Shown here: positions 26,330 to 35,822 of the stretch, piece after piece
Position numbering within the stretch: position 1 is the stretch's first letter
Layout: each line of letters starts with the position of its first letter
Assembly: GCA_041288095.1 (NCBI GenBank)
Contig: JBGGMJ010000209.1
Coordinates: forward strand, 1 to 37,456
Reading direction: 5' to 3'
DNA: 37,456 nucleotides
Origin: Myxococcota bacterium
GTDB lineage: Bacteria > Myxococcota > XYA12-FULL-58-9 > JALHOP01
The notes under the pieces: model-generated
What the model saw: only the letters and a program-made list of their open reading frames with translations
Told to the model about the DNA's origin: nothing
Databases searched by the model: none
Made by a program: the position numbers and the translations under genes

Positions 26330-28030
26330 GTGCAGCGTTGGCTCTGGCGACTGACTCCCGTTGCGGTTTCCCTCGTCGCCTTCCTATGGCCGCTTTGGTA
26401 CTGGAACCGCACACCCGGCGGTGACTGGGGCTATTTCGACAGTCTTGCCCTGGTGGTCCGCTCGAGCGTCCATAGCTACGGCCGCTTTCCCATGCACGAC
26501 CCCTGGGTCATGGGTGGAGCGGACCTCTTGGCCAATCCGCAAACGCGGATCTTCTCGCCTGTGGGTCTCCTCGACCAGCTCTTCCGCCCGCATCTCGCCA
26601 ACGTGGTGTCGCTGGTCGTCCACGGCATCCTGGGCGCCTGGGGCATGACCAGCGTCCTCACGCGCCTCGGTCACAACCGAATCGTCGCCGGGCTCGGCGC
26701 CATGATGTTCATCGGTGGCTCCTGGTTCATGCTGCACTACTGCGAGGGACACGTCCCTTACGGCACGATGCAGCTGCTGCCGTGGGTCGTTTACTGGCTG
26801 ATGGAGCTCGACAAGCCGTCGGCCACTCTCAAGCTCGCCGCGTTGCTCGCGCTCTTCCTGGTGGATGGAGGCATGTATGCCTTCATCTTCAGCGGCTACG
26901 CCGTGATCGTCCTCGCGGCGCTCGGGATGGTGCCGCTTCGCGGATTCATCGCCACCGTCAAGGCGCACCGACTGCTCGTGCCGGGCGCCGCGGTGGCGTT
27001 TCTCGGCGTCGCGTCGAGCAAGCTCGTGCCGGTGCTGGAGTCGCTGGGCGCGCGCAAGCTCACCATCGAACGCGCCACCATGGGTTGGAAGCTCGCCCTC
27101 GCGGCCTTCTACGACACCGACCAATGGTTCTTGAAGGCAGCGCGGCCACTCGACTGGCGCTTCCACGAGGTCGGTTGCTATCTCGGCTTCGCTGCAACCG
27201 CGCTCATCGTCGTGGCTCTCGCAAGGCCCCAGTTCGCGCGCGCTCAGTGGCGCTGGCTCGTCTTTGGGCTGGTCTTCTTGTGGATCGGCACCAACGCGCT
27301 GGCGCCGTTCAATCCGTGGGAGATCATCTCACGAACGCCGCTATTGCGGAACGCTCACGTTCAGAGTCGCAACTTCATCTGGCTCTACTTCGCATGGGTC
27401 GTGCTCGTCTGCGCGGCGGTGCGCTCGTTCCGCTGGAAGGCGCGAGTCACGCACGGTCTACTCGTCATCGCCGTGCTCGAAATCGTCGTGGTGTCGCACC
27501 GGCAATGGTTCCGCGCCATGCACAACGACGGCGGCCAGCACCGCTATCAAGCAACGGCGCGTGACATCACCCAGCGTGCCTGGAACTACACCGTCATGTG
27601 GGCAACCAAGCCGGAGCACTATTTCGCCGGCGGCTACGGCGCGCTCGACACTTACGAGCCCGCGCAAGTCGAGCGCACCGTCCGCTATCGCGGTGGCCCA
27701 GGGTATGCCGGAGAAATTCGCGTGGTTGGCGGCAACGGCGTAGCCGAGCTCCGCGAGGTCTCACCCGGCTACATCGCGATGAGCTACGACGGCACCACCC
27801 CCGCGATGGTGCGCATCAACCAGAACCGCCTCGCGGGCTGGGAAGTCGTCTCGGGTGAAGCCGAGTGCGACGACGACGACTACTCTCTCGACGTGAAAAT
27901 CGCGAGCCCGGGAGAAATCATCCTGCGCTATCGCCCGTGGTATTGGCCCGACATCGCGATGGCTTACGCGCTCGGTCTCGTCGTCTTCGTTGGCATGGCC
28001 CTGCGTTTGCGGCAGAAAGCAGCGACGTGA
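26330..28030 (+). CDS. polytopic membrane protein, YfhO/GT-C glycosyltransferase-like
   Basis: First loop GDWGYF...GRFPMHDPW.MGG..LLANPQ, an EGH motif, many TM helices, HE..CYLG, a periplasmic beta-domain and a final TM helix. Start is GTG 26330 (TTG 26294 alternative). Confidence 0.7.
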   Translation: MQRWLWRLTPVAVSLVAFLWPLWYWNRTPGGDWGYFDSLALVVRSSVHSYGRFPMHDPWVMGGADLLANPQTRIFSPVGLLDQLFRPHLANVVSLVVHGILGAWGMTSVLTRLGHNRIVAGLGAMMFIGGSWFMLHYCEGHVPYGTMQLLPWVVYWLMELDKPSATLKLAALLALFLVDGGMYAFIFSGYAVIVLAALGMVPLRGFIATVKAHRLLVPGAAVAFLGVASSKLVPVLESLGARKLTIERATMGWKLALAAFYDTDQWFLKAARPLDWRFHEVGCYLGFAATALIVVALARPQFARAQWRWLVFGLVFLWIGTNALAPFNPWEIISRTPLLRNAHVQSRNFIWLYFAWVVLVCAAVRSFRWKARVTHGLLVIAVLEIVVVSHRQWFRAMHNDGGQHRYQATARDITQRAWNYTVMWATKPEHYFAGGYGALDTYEPAQVERTVRYRGGPGYAGEIRVVGGNGVAELREVSPGYIAMSYDGTTPAMVRINQNRLAGWEVVSGEAECDDDDYSLDVKIASPGEIILRYRPWYWPDIAMAYALGLVVFVGMALRLRQKAAT

Positions 28031-28797
28031 CCGAGTTCGACTACAGCGGCATTCCCGTCGGCTTCTACGATCAGGTGGCGCGCGGCCAAGGCAGCGCCAT
28101 CCGCAAAGCCTGGCACCTGCAGAAGTTCCAGCGCATCGTCGACTGCCTGCCACGGGGTCCTGGCCTGTCGATCCTCGACGTCGGTTGCTTCGCCGGCACC
28201 TTCTTGTCGCTCCTCGACCTGGAGCGCTTCACGCGCCAGCTCGGCGTCGACATCCTCCCCGAGCAAGTGGCGTACGCCAACGAGCACTACGGCAACGCGC
28301 AGCGTGAGTTCCGCGCCATCGGTGACGTGAGCGACATCCACAACCTCGGTGAGACCTTCGACTGCGTCACCTGCATCGAGGTCATCGAGCACCTGACGCC
28401 GGAGATCATCAAACGCCTCATCGACAACGTCGCGCAGGTGCTACGCCCGGGTGGCGCCTTCGTGCTCTCGACGCCCAACTACGCGAGCACGTGGCCGCTC
28501 GTCGAGCTGCTCTTGAACCGCTTCTCCGACGTTTCGTACGAGGAGCAACACATCACCAAGCTCAACGCCTTCAACCTCGAGAAGAAGCTCGCCGGCATCG
28601 CCCCGAGCCTGCGGACGTGCTTCCACCTCGAGATGAAGACGACGACGCACCTCCTGACGCCGTTCCTCGCGCCTCTCGGCTTCGACGCCATCATGCGCTT
28701 GTCGGGCGCCGTGCCGCACAAGAGCTGGCGCGTCCCTTTTGGCAACCTTTGTCTCGCTGTCTTTGTCCGCAATAGCGATCCGGCGCCGAGCGGCTAG
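28027..28797 (+). CDS. class I SAM-dependent methyltransferase
   Basis: ILDVGCFAG, LGVDI, FDCVTCIEVIEHL and LRPGGAFVLSTPN. GTGA overlap with the upstream gene. Confidence 0.92.
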   Translation: MTEFDYSGIPVGFYDQVARGQGSAIRKAWHLQKFQRIVDCLPRGPGLSILDVGCFAGTFLSLLDLERFTRQLGVDILPEQVAYANEHYGNAQREFRAIGDVSDIHNLGETFDCVTCIEVIEHLTPEIIKRLIDNVAQVLRPGGAFVLSTPNYASTWPLVELLLNRFSDVSYEEQHITKLNAFNLEKKLAGIAPSLRTCFHLEMKTTTHLLTPFLAPLGFDAIMRLSGAVPHKSWRVPFGNLCLAVFVRNSDPAPSG

Positions 28798-30335
28798 GCG
28801 CGGTTCGCTTTCGCGAAGATCGCGCGAATCGCCTCGATGGTGTCCGCTTCCGCGGCGGACTTGTCCTCGCGATAGCGTTTGACGCGCGCGAAACGCAACG
28901 CGAAGCCGCTCTCGTACACCGTCGAGGCTTGGACGGTATCGAAAGCAATCTCGGCGACGAGCTCGGGCTTGACGTGCACGACGTGGCCCTCGCGGCCCAT
29001 GGCGTGCTCGAGGAACCACTTGGTTTGCCAGGCGAGCATGACGTCGGTCATGCCCTTGAAAGTCTTGCCGAGCATCGCGAAGCCGCCGTGCTCGGGGTCG
29101 CGGGCGCCGAGGTGAATGTTGCTCAAGAGCCCCTCACGACGGCCGCTGCCCCACTCCGCCGCCAGGACGACGAGGTCGAGCGTGTGTGCCGGCTTCACCT
29201 TGAGCCAGCCGGAGCCGCGCCGACCGGCTTCGTACGGCGCGTCGAGGGTCTTCACCATGACGCCTTCGAAACCACGCGCCACGGCGTCGTCGTAGAAGCG
29301 CTCGGCTTCGTCCGCCGAAGCGGTCACTATGAAGGGGACGCGCTGAGTCGGCGTGAGCAGGTCGGCGAGAGCGCGCTGGCGCTCGGCGTAAGGAGAGTCG
29401 AGCAGGTCGGCGCCGTCGACGTGCACGACGTCGAAGAAGTAGGGCGTGAGCGCCATCGCCTCGCGTTGAGCGGCCACGTCGAGCTTGCGGCCGAAGCGAC
29501 GCATGGTCACCTGGAAGGGCTGAGGCGAGCCGTCTTCGCGCATCGCCAGGACCTCGCCGTCGAGGATCAGCGACCGCGCGGGGAATCCGAGAGCTTGCTC
29601 GACCACTTCCGGTAGCCGTGCCGTGACGTCGTTGCCATCACGCGAGAAGATGCGCACCTGGTCGCCGTCGCGGTGCACCTGAATGCGCGCGCCGTCGAGC
29701 TTGAGCTCGACCGACGCTTGGCCGTGCGCAGCGATCGCCTCACCGACGTCCGCCGCGGTTTGCGCCAGCATTGGCTGCACCGGCGCGAGCAAGCGTAAGC
29801 GATACCCCGACACGCCGGAGCCTCCCTCACGTATCGCCGTAGCCGCGACCTCGCCGACCGCGGAGGCCAACATCACCCCGCGTCGAACCAGCGCCTCGTC
29901 GACGCCGCTGGCTTTGGCGATGGCGGCGATCATCACTCCCTCTTGGGCGCCCTGGCGCAGCTCGCCAATGAGCAGGCGCTGCAAGAAGCTCTGCTCCGCG
30001 GCCGTGGCCTCGCCCATGAGCTTGGCCAGTGCTCGCGCCCGCTCCTTCGCGGACCCCGCGCCCGACACGCCTGCGATGTGCGTGAACGCGACGTCGACGT
30101 CGCGGACCTCGAGGCTCGACTCGCTCGCCGCCCCGACCTCGCGCGCGGCCGAGACAGCGGCATAGCCGACGCCGATGCGCCCCTGCGGCACGATGCCCGC
30201 GAGGTAGTCGACGACGAGCGCGACCTGGTCGGGTTCCGTCCGCGTCAACAGACCGCTGATGGCGTCGACCTTCTGTAGTCGCGAGCGCGTGCCGGCGACG
30301 CGCTCGGAGGTCTCGACGACCGCGGCGAGCTTCAT
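28794..30335 (-). CDS. ligB: ATP-dependent DNA ligase (LigB-type, with N-terminal DNA-binding domain)
   Basis: QPMLAQ, motif I ELKLDGAR, ILDGEV, YFFDVV, EGVMVK, YEAGRRGSGWLKVKP and LRFARVKRYREDK. SD AAGGAG. Confidence 0.95.
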   Translation of the reverse strand: MKLAAVVETSERVAGTRSRLQKVDAISGLLTRTEPDQVALVVDYLAGIVPQGRIGVGYAAVSAAREVGAASESSLEVRDVDVAFTHIAGVSGAGSAKERARALAKLMGEATAAEQSFLQRLLIGELRQGAQEGVMIAAIAKASGVDEALVRRGVMLASAVGEVAATAIREGGSGVSGYRLRLLAPVQPMLAQTAADVGEAIAAHGQASVELKLDGARIQVHRDGDQVRIFSRDGNDVTARLPEVVEQALGFPARSLILDGEVLAMREDGSPQPFQVTMRRFGRKLDVAAQREAMALTPYFFDVVHVDGADLLDSPYAERQRALADLLTPTQRVPFIVTASADEAERFYDDAVARGFEGVMVKTLDAPYEAGRRGSGWLKVKPAHTLDLVVLAAEWGSGRREGLLSNIHLGARDPEHGGFAMLGKTFKGMTDVMLAWQTKWFLEHAMGREGHVVHVKPELVAEIAFDTVQASTVYESGFALRFARVKRYREDKSAAEADTIEAIRAIFAKANRA

Positions 30336-30357
30336 GGCTCCTTCTACACGAGCGTTG

Positions 30358-31611
30358 CTAGCGCCGCTGCTCGGCTCGTTCCTTCATCGCTTTCTTTTCG
30401 GCCTCGACGGCGTCCTTGCTCGCCTTCTTCTTGTTCTTGTCTGCTGCCTCCGCGGCCTTCGCTTCTTCGGCGTCCTTCTTCATCTCGCCTTCCATCTTCG
30501 CGGACGGCTTGTCGGCGATCTCGGGCCGCACGGTGCCGCCGATGCTCGCGAGCGACACGCGATTCTCGACGCCGGGCAAGATGGCCTTCAGGAAGGCGTT
30601 ACCGAGCAGCGAAAATATGGCGCCGCCTACGCTGACGTTGGGTTGATCGAGACGACCCTGGAACGTCACGCGCGTCGCCACATCGTCGGTGCTGCCGTTC
30701 TCGAGGATCGACGTGACGCCGGCGACGAACGCCTCCCAAGCGACCTCGAGCACGTTGTCACCTTCATCGTTGCCCTTGAGGTCGAGAACTTTCTTGCCGG
30801 AGATGATCGGCTTCACGTAGCCGCTGATCGAGTCACGGGCGACCGCGAACTCCGAATACATGCTCATGGTGCCCGCCTCGAAATCGAAGCCGGCGTAGGC
30901 GCGCGTGAAATCGGTGAGCTCGGTGAGCGGCAACCTGCGGAGGGCAACCTCGCCGTCGACGTCGGGATGGTCCGGCGCGAACATGTTGGCGCGGAAGCCC
31001 GCCTTGAGGCGGCCGGTTTCCTGGACCGACGCGGTCACCTCCCCCGTGGTCGGGCGCTTGTCGGCGTTGTCGCCGGGCCGCGTGCGAATGTCGCGCACCG
31101 TGACGTCGAGGTTCGCCAGATGCAGGTCGACCTTCGGGTTCTCGCGCTCGTCGAGGTACGAGAGGCGTCCGTTGACCACCTCGAACTTGTTGATCTCGAG
31201 AGCCACGAGCTCGTTCAGAGTTTCCCCGATGGAAGCCGGAGGCTCGGTGGTGCTCTCCTTCTTGGTCTTGGCGGCGACGAAATTCACCCGCGGTGACATG
31301 AGCTTCACGCGCGACGTGATCTTGCCGTGCAAGAGCGCCTTCCAGTCGACCATGATGTCGGTCTCCGGAATGGCGAGCAGTGGCTCCGCCTCGCGCCCGG
31401 CGTTGCGCTTGACGATACGCAGCCCGTCGAACTGATAGGCGCCGCGCCAAAGCGAGAGGTCAACGTCGTCGATATGCCCGTAATATTCGGGCATCGCCGC
31501 GAGCTTGTCGTTGAGGACGCGCTTGATGACGTGGGGCGCGACGACCCGCGCGATCACCAGCAGCGCGATGAAGATTCCAAGCCCAATCAAGGCTTTACGC
31601 TTCCTGGTCAT
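30358..31611 (-). CDS. DUF748/AsmA-like domain protein (417 aa)
   Basis: N-terminal TM helix (ALIGLGIFIALLVIARVVAP), YYGHIDDVDLSLWRG.Y, VDWKALLHG, AYAGFDFEAGT, SGYVKP, VATRV and LLGNAF. Lys/Glu-rich tail. Confidence 0.85.
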   Translation of the reverse strand: MTRKRKALIGLGIFIALLVIARVVAPHVIKRVLNDKLAAMPEYYGHIDDVDLSLWRGAYQFDGLRIVKRNAGREAEPLLAIPETDIMVDWKALLHGKITSRVKLMSPRVNFVAAKTKKESTTEPPASIGETLNELVALEINKFEVVNGRLSYLDERENPKVDLHLANLDVTVRDIRTRPGDNADKRPTTGEVTASVQETGRLKAGFRANMFAPDHPDVDGEVALRRLPLTELTDFTRAYAGFDFEAGTMSMYSEFAVARDSISGYVKPIISGKKVLDLKGNDEGDNVLEVAWEAFVAGVTSILENGSTDDVATRVTFQGRLDQPNVSVGGAIFSLLGNAFLKAILPGVENRVSLASIGGTVRPEIADKPSAKMEGEMKKDAEEAKAAEAADKNKKKASKDAVEAEKKAMKERAEQRR

Positions 31612-31704
31612 GCCTATTCCCCCACCATTTAGCGTAAGGCGCGAGACGCCGGTGGCAACGTCGACCTGCGCAATTTCCGCGATTCTGCTATGGTCTTGCG
31701 CCCC

Positions 31705-32724
31705 ATGACCTCCCGCCACGACACGCAACGCCTCACCATCGCCGACCGCACCAAGGCCATGGTGGCCCGCCCGAATATCGTTCCCGCCGCCATCGCCGGC
31801 TTCTTGCTGTGCATGCTCATCGGCGGCCTCATCTTGTTGCGCTCGCATCGCATGCGCGCGACGCCGGCCGCCGCGGAAGAAGTCGAGACCAGCGTCGGCG
31901 TCGTGAAGGCCACATCGACGGTCTACGCCAACACCCGCCGCTATGTGGGCCGCCTCGAACCCTGGGCGCACGCGATCGTCGGCCCCAAGACCCTTTCCGC
32001 GTATGTCGCGGCGGTCATGGTGCGGCCTGGTGACGATGTCGTGAAGGGTGATGTGCTCGCGACACTCGATTGTCGCAACGCTTTAGCGGCCGGCTCACAA
32101 CATCAAGCCCCCGAAAGCGCGTCGACGGCTTCATCGCGCGGCAGCGCTGACTGCACCTTTCGCGCGCCCTTCGATGGCGAGGTGGCGACCCGTACCGCGG
32201 ACCCCGGCACCTTCGTCGCTCCCGGTCAGGCCATCCTCACCTTGGTCGATCGTTCGACCGTCCGCTTGGTCATCGACGTACCCGAATCCGACTTTACCCA
32301 CGTCACGCCCGGCACCGCGGTGACCATCCGCTCGCTCGCGACCGGCGGTTCGGTCACCAGCCGCATCTCGAGGCGCGCACCCGCGGCCGACATGAACAGT
32401 CACTCGGTGAGCGTCGAGATCGACCTCACCGACGACGAGAAGCTCTTGCCCCTCGGCACGATGGCCGAGATCACCACGCAGCTCGGGGAGCCGGCGAGCG
32501 CCAGCGAAATTCCGGCGAGCGCGGCCAAGATCCGTGGCGACATCGCCACGGTCATGGTCATCGACGGCGACACGGTCTCGCGCGTGCGCGTCAAGCTCCT
32601 CGGCGAGCGCGACGGCAAGGTCTACGTCGAGCCGAGCCTGAGCGCCGGCACCCAGGTGGTCGTCGACAGCAGCAAGCAACTACGCGACGGCGATCACGTG
32701 GTCGTGCGCCAAGACGAGCCGTAG
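31705..32724 (+). CDS. efflux RND-type periplasmic adaptor (membrane fusion protein) with a short alpha-hairpin
   Basis: TM anchor, lipoyl halves VMVRPGDDVVKGDVLATLD and FRAPFDGEV, beta-barrel DVPESD, and a membrane-proximal region ending LRDGDHV. Alternative starts at 31690 and 31759. Confidence 0.85.
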   Translation: MTSRHDTQRLTIADRTKAMVARPNIVPAAIAGFLLCMLIGGLILLRSHRMRATPAAAEEVETSVGVVKATSTVYANTRRYVGRLEPWAHAIVGPKTLSAYVAAVMVRPGDDVVKGDVLATLDCRNALAAGSQHQAPESASTASSRGSADCTFRAPFDGEVATRTADPGTFVAPGQAILTLVDRSTVRLVIDVPESDFTHVTPGTAVTIRSLATGGSVTSRISRRAPAADMNSHSVSVEIDLTDDEKLLPLGTMAEITTQLGEPASASEIPASAAKIRGDIATVMVIDGDTVSRVRVKLLGERDGKVYVEPSLSAGTQVVVDSSKQLRDGDHVVVRQDEP

Positions 32725-35700
32725 ACGCGGCCCGCGGGCTGCGCGACCTTTGGCTCGCGAATCGAGCTCCGCAACGCTACAGCGGACACCGGCTGTGACG
32801 GCGGCGTCCACGGCACGGAGACCCGCGGCGCCACGAAGTCCGACGGCTCGTTGAGAGACTTGCCGCCGAAGGTCTCGCGATACTCCTCGCGCAAGATCTC
32901 CTGATACTTGTCGTAGGTGCCGTCGTCTTTCATGCGGTCGCGCACTTCGTCGCAGAGGCCGCCCATGATGCCGAGCCAGTTCAGGAGCGAGCCATCGATG
33001 GTCTTCATCGGCGAGGACTTCGAGCCGTCGTTGTTCACCGACTCACCGGCCCCCATGGAAGTCACGGCGTTGCGGGCCCGCAGCGTGTTGAGCAACCACG
33101 CGAGGCCCTCACGGCGCTCGGGCGTGTTGGCCTGCTCGAGCAGCAGCGAGAAGACGCCGTAGATGGCGTAGAACGGATAGTCGGTGGTCGACGAGTAGGC
33201 GATGCTGGGAATGCCGTGATCGCCCGCGTAGGGCACGATCGCTCCCTCTTGCGGACCGCTGTCGGGCGCGTTGATCGAAGCGCCGAAGCCGGGCTTGCCG
33301 CGCTCGACCGCGTCCTGCGTGCGCAGCTTCTGGCGGATGCGGAAGAGCGTGGCCCAGTCCTCTTGATCACGTTTGGGCATGATCAAGAACTCCCACTCTT
33401 CGTGGGGTGAGCCCCAGTAACCTTGCCAGGTGGTGCCGTGCTTGTGCTCGACGGCCTCCAGCTTGGTCTCGCTCCACACGTGCTTCACCTGCTCCGCGGT
33501 GAGGCCGGGATTGGCATAGAGCGACATGTAGTGGAGGATCATCGCGCCTTCGTGGACGCCGTGCGGGCCGCGCATGAAGGCGTCGCCGTCGTGCGAGGCG
33601 TACTTGGCGTTGGGATCGCGGATGTCCGAGATCTTCGCCTGGACACGCACCGCTTGCTTGTCTTCATCCCAGAAGACGCGCTTGACGTTCTTCGCCAGCT
33701 TCTCGTTCCAGGCCTTGTAGCGATCCGCCAAAGCGGTCTCGCCTTGCTGACGCAAGACGTGCTCCACCGCGAGCAGCGTGAACATCCACTCGCCGTTGTC
33801 GAGCGAAGGAACGTTCTTCTCCCAGTGCTTGTCGGCCGGCCCCAAACTGCCGTCGGCGCCGATCTTGATCCACGGCATGAAGCCCGCGTAGCCCGGGAAC
33901 TCGCGATCGAAGCGCTCGTAGCTATCCATCTTGCGCTCGAGGATCGCGAGCGCCTCGGCGCGCGGGTCGACATCTTTCCCCATGAGGCGCGCGGCGAGCG
34001 CGTCGCCCGTGAGGATCTTGGCGATGACGGCGACGTCCGTGCACTCCTTCGAGGTCGCGGTCAGACGACGGCGGCCCGAAAGCTCGCCCGTCTTGGGATC
34101 GAGATCGACGCCGTCGAAGGCAAGACCCGTCTTGAGGTCGCGCGCGGCGTGGAAGAACGGCGCTTCGTGATCGAAGAAATCCTCCACGAACGCTAGCGCC
34201 GCTTCCGGCGAGCGCAGCACGTCGTCGATGGTGTGGTTGAACGGGAAGCGAGGCGCCGCCGTGGTGGCGGACTCGCGGGCCTTGGCGGCGCTCAAGAGAG
34301 CCGCGTTGCTCCAGGTGAGATCGGGGGCCGAGCGCGGCGTGCCGTCGACCTTGTCGAATTGCTCGGGCAGCGGCAACACGTAGCCGCCTTTGCCGTCGGG
34401 AGTGATCTTCGCGTGACGCGCCACGCGGTTCACGAAGGCGTCGCCCTTGGCGACCAGCGCCGCGGCGGTTCGCGAGGCCTCGAGCGATCCCGGCGCGAAG
34501 CTTACGCCAGGCTGCAGGAACTCGCCATGCGTCAAAGCGGACACCAGGAACTCACGGTTGTCGGCATCGACGTCGAGGCCGTTCGTGGTGATGCTCTCGG
34601 CGACCTTGTAGCAGAGCTCCGCGAAAGCGAGCGTCAACATGTAGAACGGATTGCCGCCGAAGTAGACGTCGCCGTCGTAGCGGCCGATGGCGGTGCCTAG
34701 GCGCTTGCTGACGTCACCGTTCAGCGGGAAGAGCTGCTGGTCGCGAAGCTCGACGACGCGCGCGGTGGCCAAGACGCGGCTATCGATGCGGCCGCTGTGA
34801 ACGGCCGCGAGGATGACATTGCTGTCGAGATCGGTGGTCTTGCCGGTGTGACCGTCGCGCGCTTTGACGTCGAGGCTCGCGGCTAGGTACTTGCCGTTCC
34901 AGAACTGACCGCGCTCGGCATCGATGTCACGCGCCGCTTTAGCGTACACGGCGGCGCGGTCCGCGAGCTCCGGCACCTTCGACGCCGCTTGCAGAGCCGC
35001 GGCTTGCACCTCACGCGTGTAGTAGTGCTTGCCCGCGAGGGTCTCTTCCCAGAGGTCGAACGACAGCTTCGGCCAGACGTCGGCCACGTAATCGAGGTCG
35101 GTGCGCAGGGTTGCGATCACCTGCTCGCGCAGCGCCGGCGCGATGGGCTCGCCGAGCACATCGATGAGGGTCAGCGCCCGCAGCGCCGGACCGTCGGTCT
35201 GAGGCCGGCCCCAGTGGAACGGGTCGAAGCCGCCGTTGGGAAGCTCGCGCGGCTCGCCCAGACCGTGGCTTGCGTCCTTGCGCAACCAGCGTTCGGCCCA
35301 CTCGAAGCCGGGCGCTGGCTTGAGCGTCTTCGGGTCGAAGACCTCGGTGGCGACTCGGGCTTGGCGGCCGCGACTGAAAGCGACGTAGTCGGCGAGCGCC
35401 TCGGGGGTGTGGGCGACGAGCGCGCGCATGACGATGGCGCCGTCGCGGTCCCAGATGAAGCGGTAGTCGGGGTTGTCGGTCGCCGCGGCGATGACGCCGC
35501 CCTTCAGCGTCTGGGTTTCTTGGCCCGTGAGAGGTGACTTCTGCCCGGTGGGTCGGCCAACGTTTTCCAGGACTTGGCGCAGCGCGATGGGCGTCGCAAC
35601 GTCGAGATAGACCTCGGCCGCCGGGCGGTAGCTGACGAGGGCCGTGGCCCTAGGGGTAACGCGGGTCGCGGTGTCGAGGTGACGAGCCCGCGAGCGAGAC

Positions 35701-35768
35701 GGCGCCATGGCGGAATCCGCCCGAAGAAAGCCACCCGCAAGCTGTTTTGAGCCTGGCGTTACGCGCAT
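32694..35768 (-). CDS. two-domain glycoside hydrolase: GH15 glucoamylase fused to a GH162-like endo-beta-1,2-glucanase (1024 aa)
   Basis: N-half: PDYRFIWDRDGA, GLGEP, WGRPQTDGPALR, FDLWEE, IGRY.GDVYFGGNPF, LPEQFDK and SAPDLTWS, all fungal-type glucoamylase motifs. C-half: TATSKE, FPGYAGFMPW, VPSLDNGE, GYWGSPHEEW, ASIN and GIPSIA, matching my recollection of fungal GH162 SGL. SD TAAGGA lies 6 nt before ATG 35768. Confidence 0.85.
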   Translation of the reverse strand: MRVTPGSKQLAGGFLRADSAMAPSRSRARHLDTATRVTPRATALVSYRPAAEVYLDVATPIALRQVLENVGRPTGQKSPLTGQETQTLKGGVIAAATDNPDYRFIWDRDGAIVMRALVAHTPEALADYVAFSRGRQARVATEVFDPKTLKPAPGFEWAERWLRKDASHGLGEPRELPNGGFDPFHWGRPQTDGPALRALTLIDVLGEPIAPALREQVIATLRTDLDYVADVWPKLSFDLWEETLAGKHYYTREVQAAALQAASKVPELADRAAVYAKAARDIDAERGQFWNGKYLAASLDVKARDGHTGKTTDLDSNVILAAVHSGRIDSRVLATARVVELRDQQLFPLNGDVSKRLGTAIGRYDGDVYFGGNPFYMLTLAFAELCYKVAESITTNGLDVDADNREFLVSALTHGEFLQPGVSFAPGSLEASRTAAALVAKGDAFVNRVARHAKITPDGKGGYVLPLPEQFDKVDGTPRSAPDLTWSNAALLSAAKARESATTAAPRFPFNHTIDDVLRSPEAALAFVEDFFDHEAPFFHAARDLKTGLAFDGVDLDPKTGELSGRRRLTATSKECTDVAVIAKILTGDALAARLMGKDVDPRAEALAILERKMDSYERFDREFPGYAGFMPWIKIGADGSLGPADKHWEKNVPSLDNGEWMFTLLAVEHVLRQQGETALADRYKAWNEKLAKNVKRVFWDEDKQAVRVQAKISDIRDPNAKYASHDGDAFMRGPHGVHEGAMILHYMSLYANPGLTAEQVKHVWSETKLEAVEHKHGTTWQGYWGSPHEEWEFLIMPKRDQEDWATLFRIRQKLRTQDAVERGKPGFGASINAPDSGPQEGAIVPYAGDHGIPSIAYSSTTDYPFYAIYGVFSLLLEQANTPERREGLAWLLNTLRARNAVTSMGAGESVNNDGSKSSPMKTIDGSLLNWLGIMGGLCDEVRDRMKDDGTYDKYQEILREEYRETFGGKSLNEPSDFVAPRVSVPWTPPSQPVSAVALRSSIREPKVAQPAGRVYGSSWRTTT

Positions 35769-35822
35769 CGCATGTCCTTATTGGAGGCCAACGTTTTCGG
35801 CGTTGTTGAATGCTTGTTGCCT

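Noticed and set aside
28794..30335. NHEJ system or phage-derived ligase
   Set aside because: No Ku, no polymerase or phosphoesterase domain, and no phage genes. It looks like an ordinary stand-alone LigB-type ligase.
31653..31669. TGGCAAC...TGC as a sigma54 promoter for the MFP gene
   Set aside because: The GG-to-GC spacing is 2 nt too long for a -24/-12 promoter.
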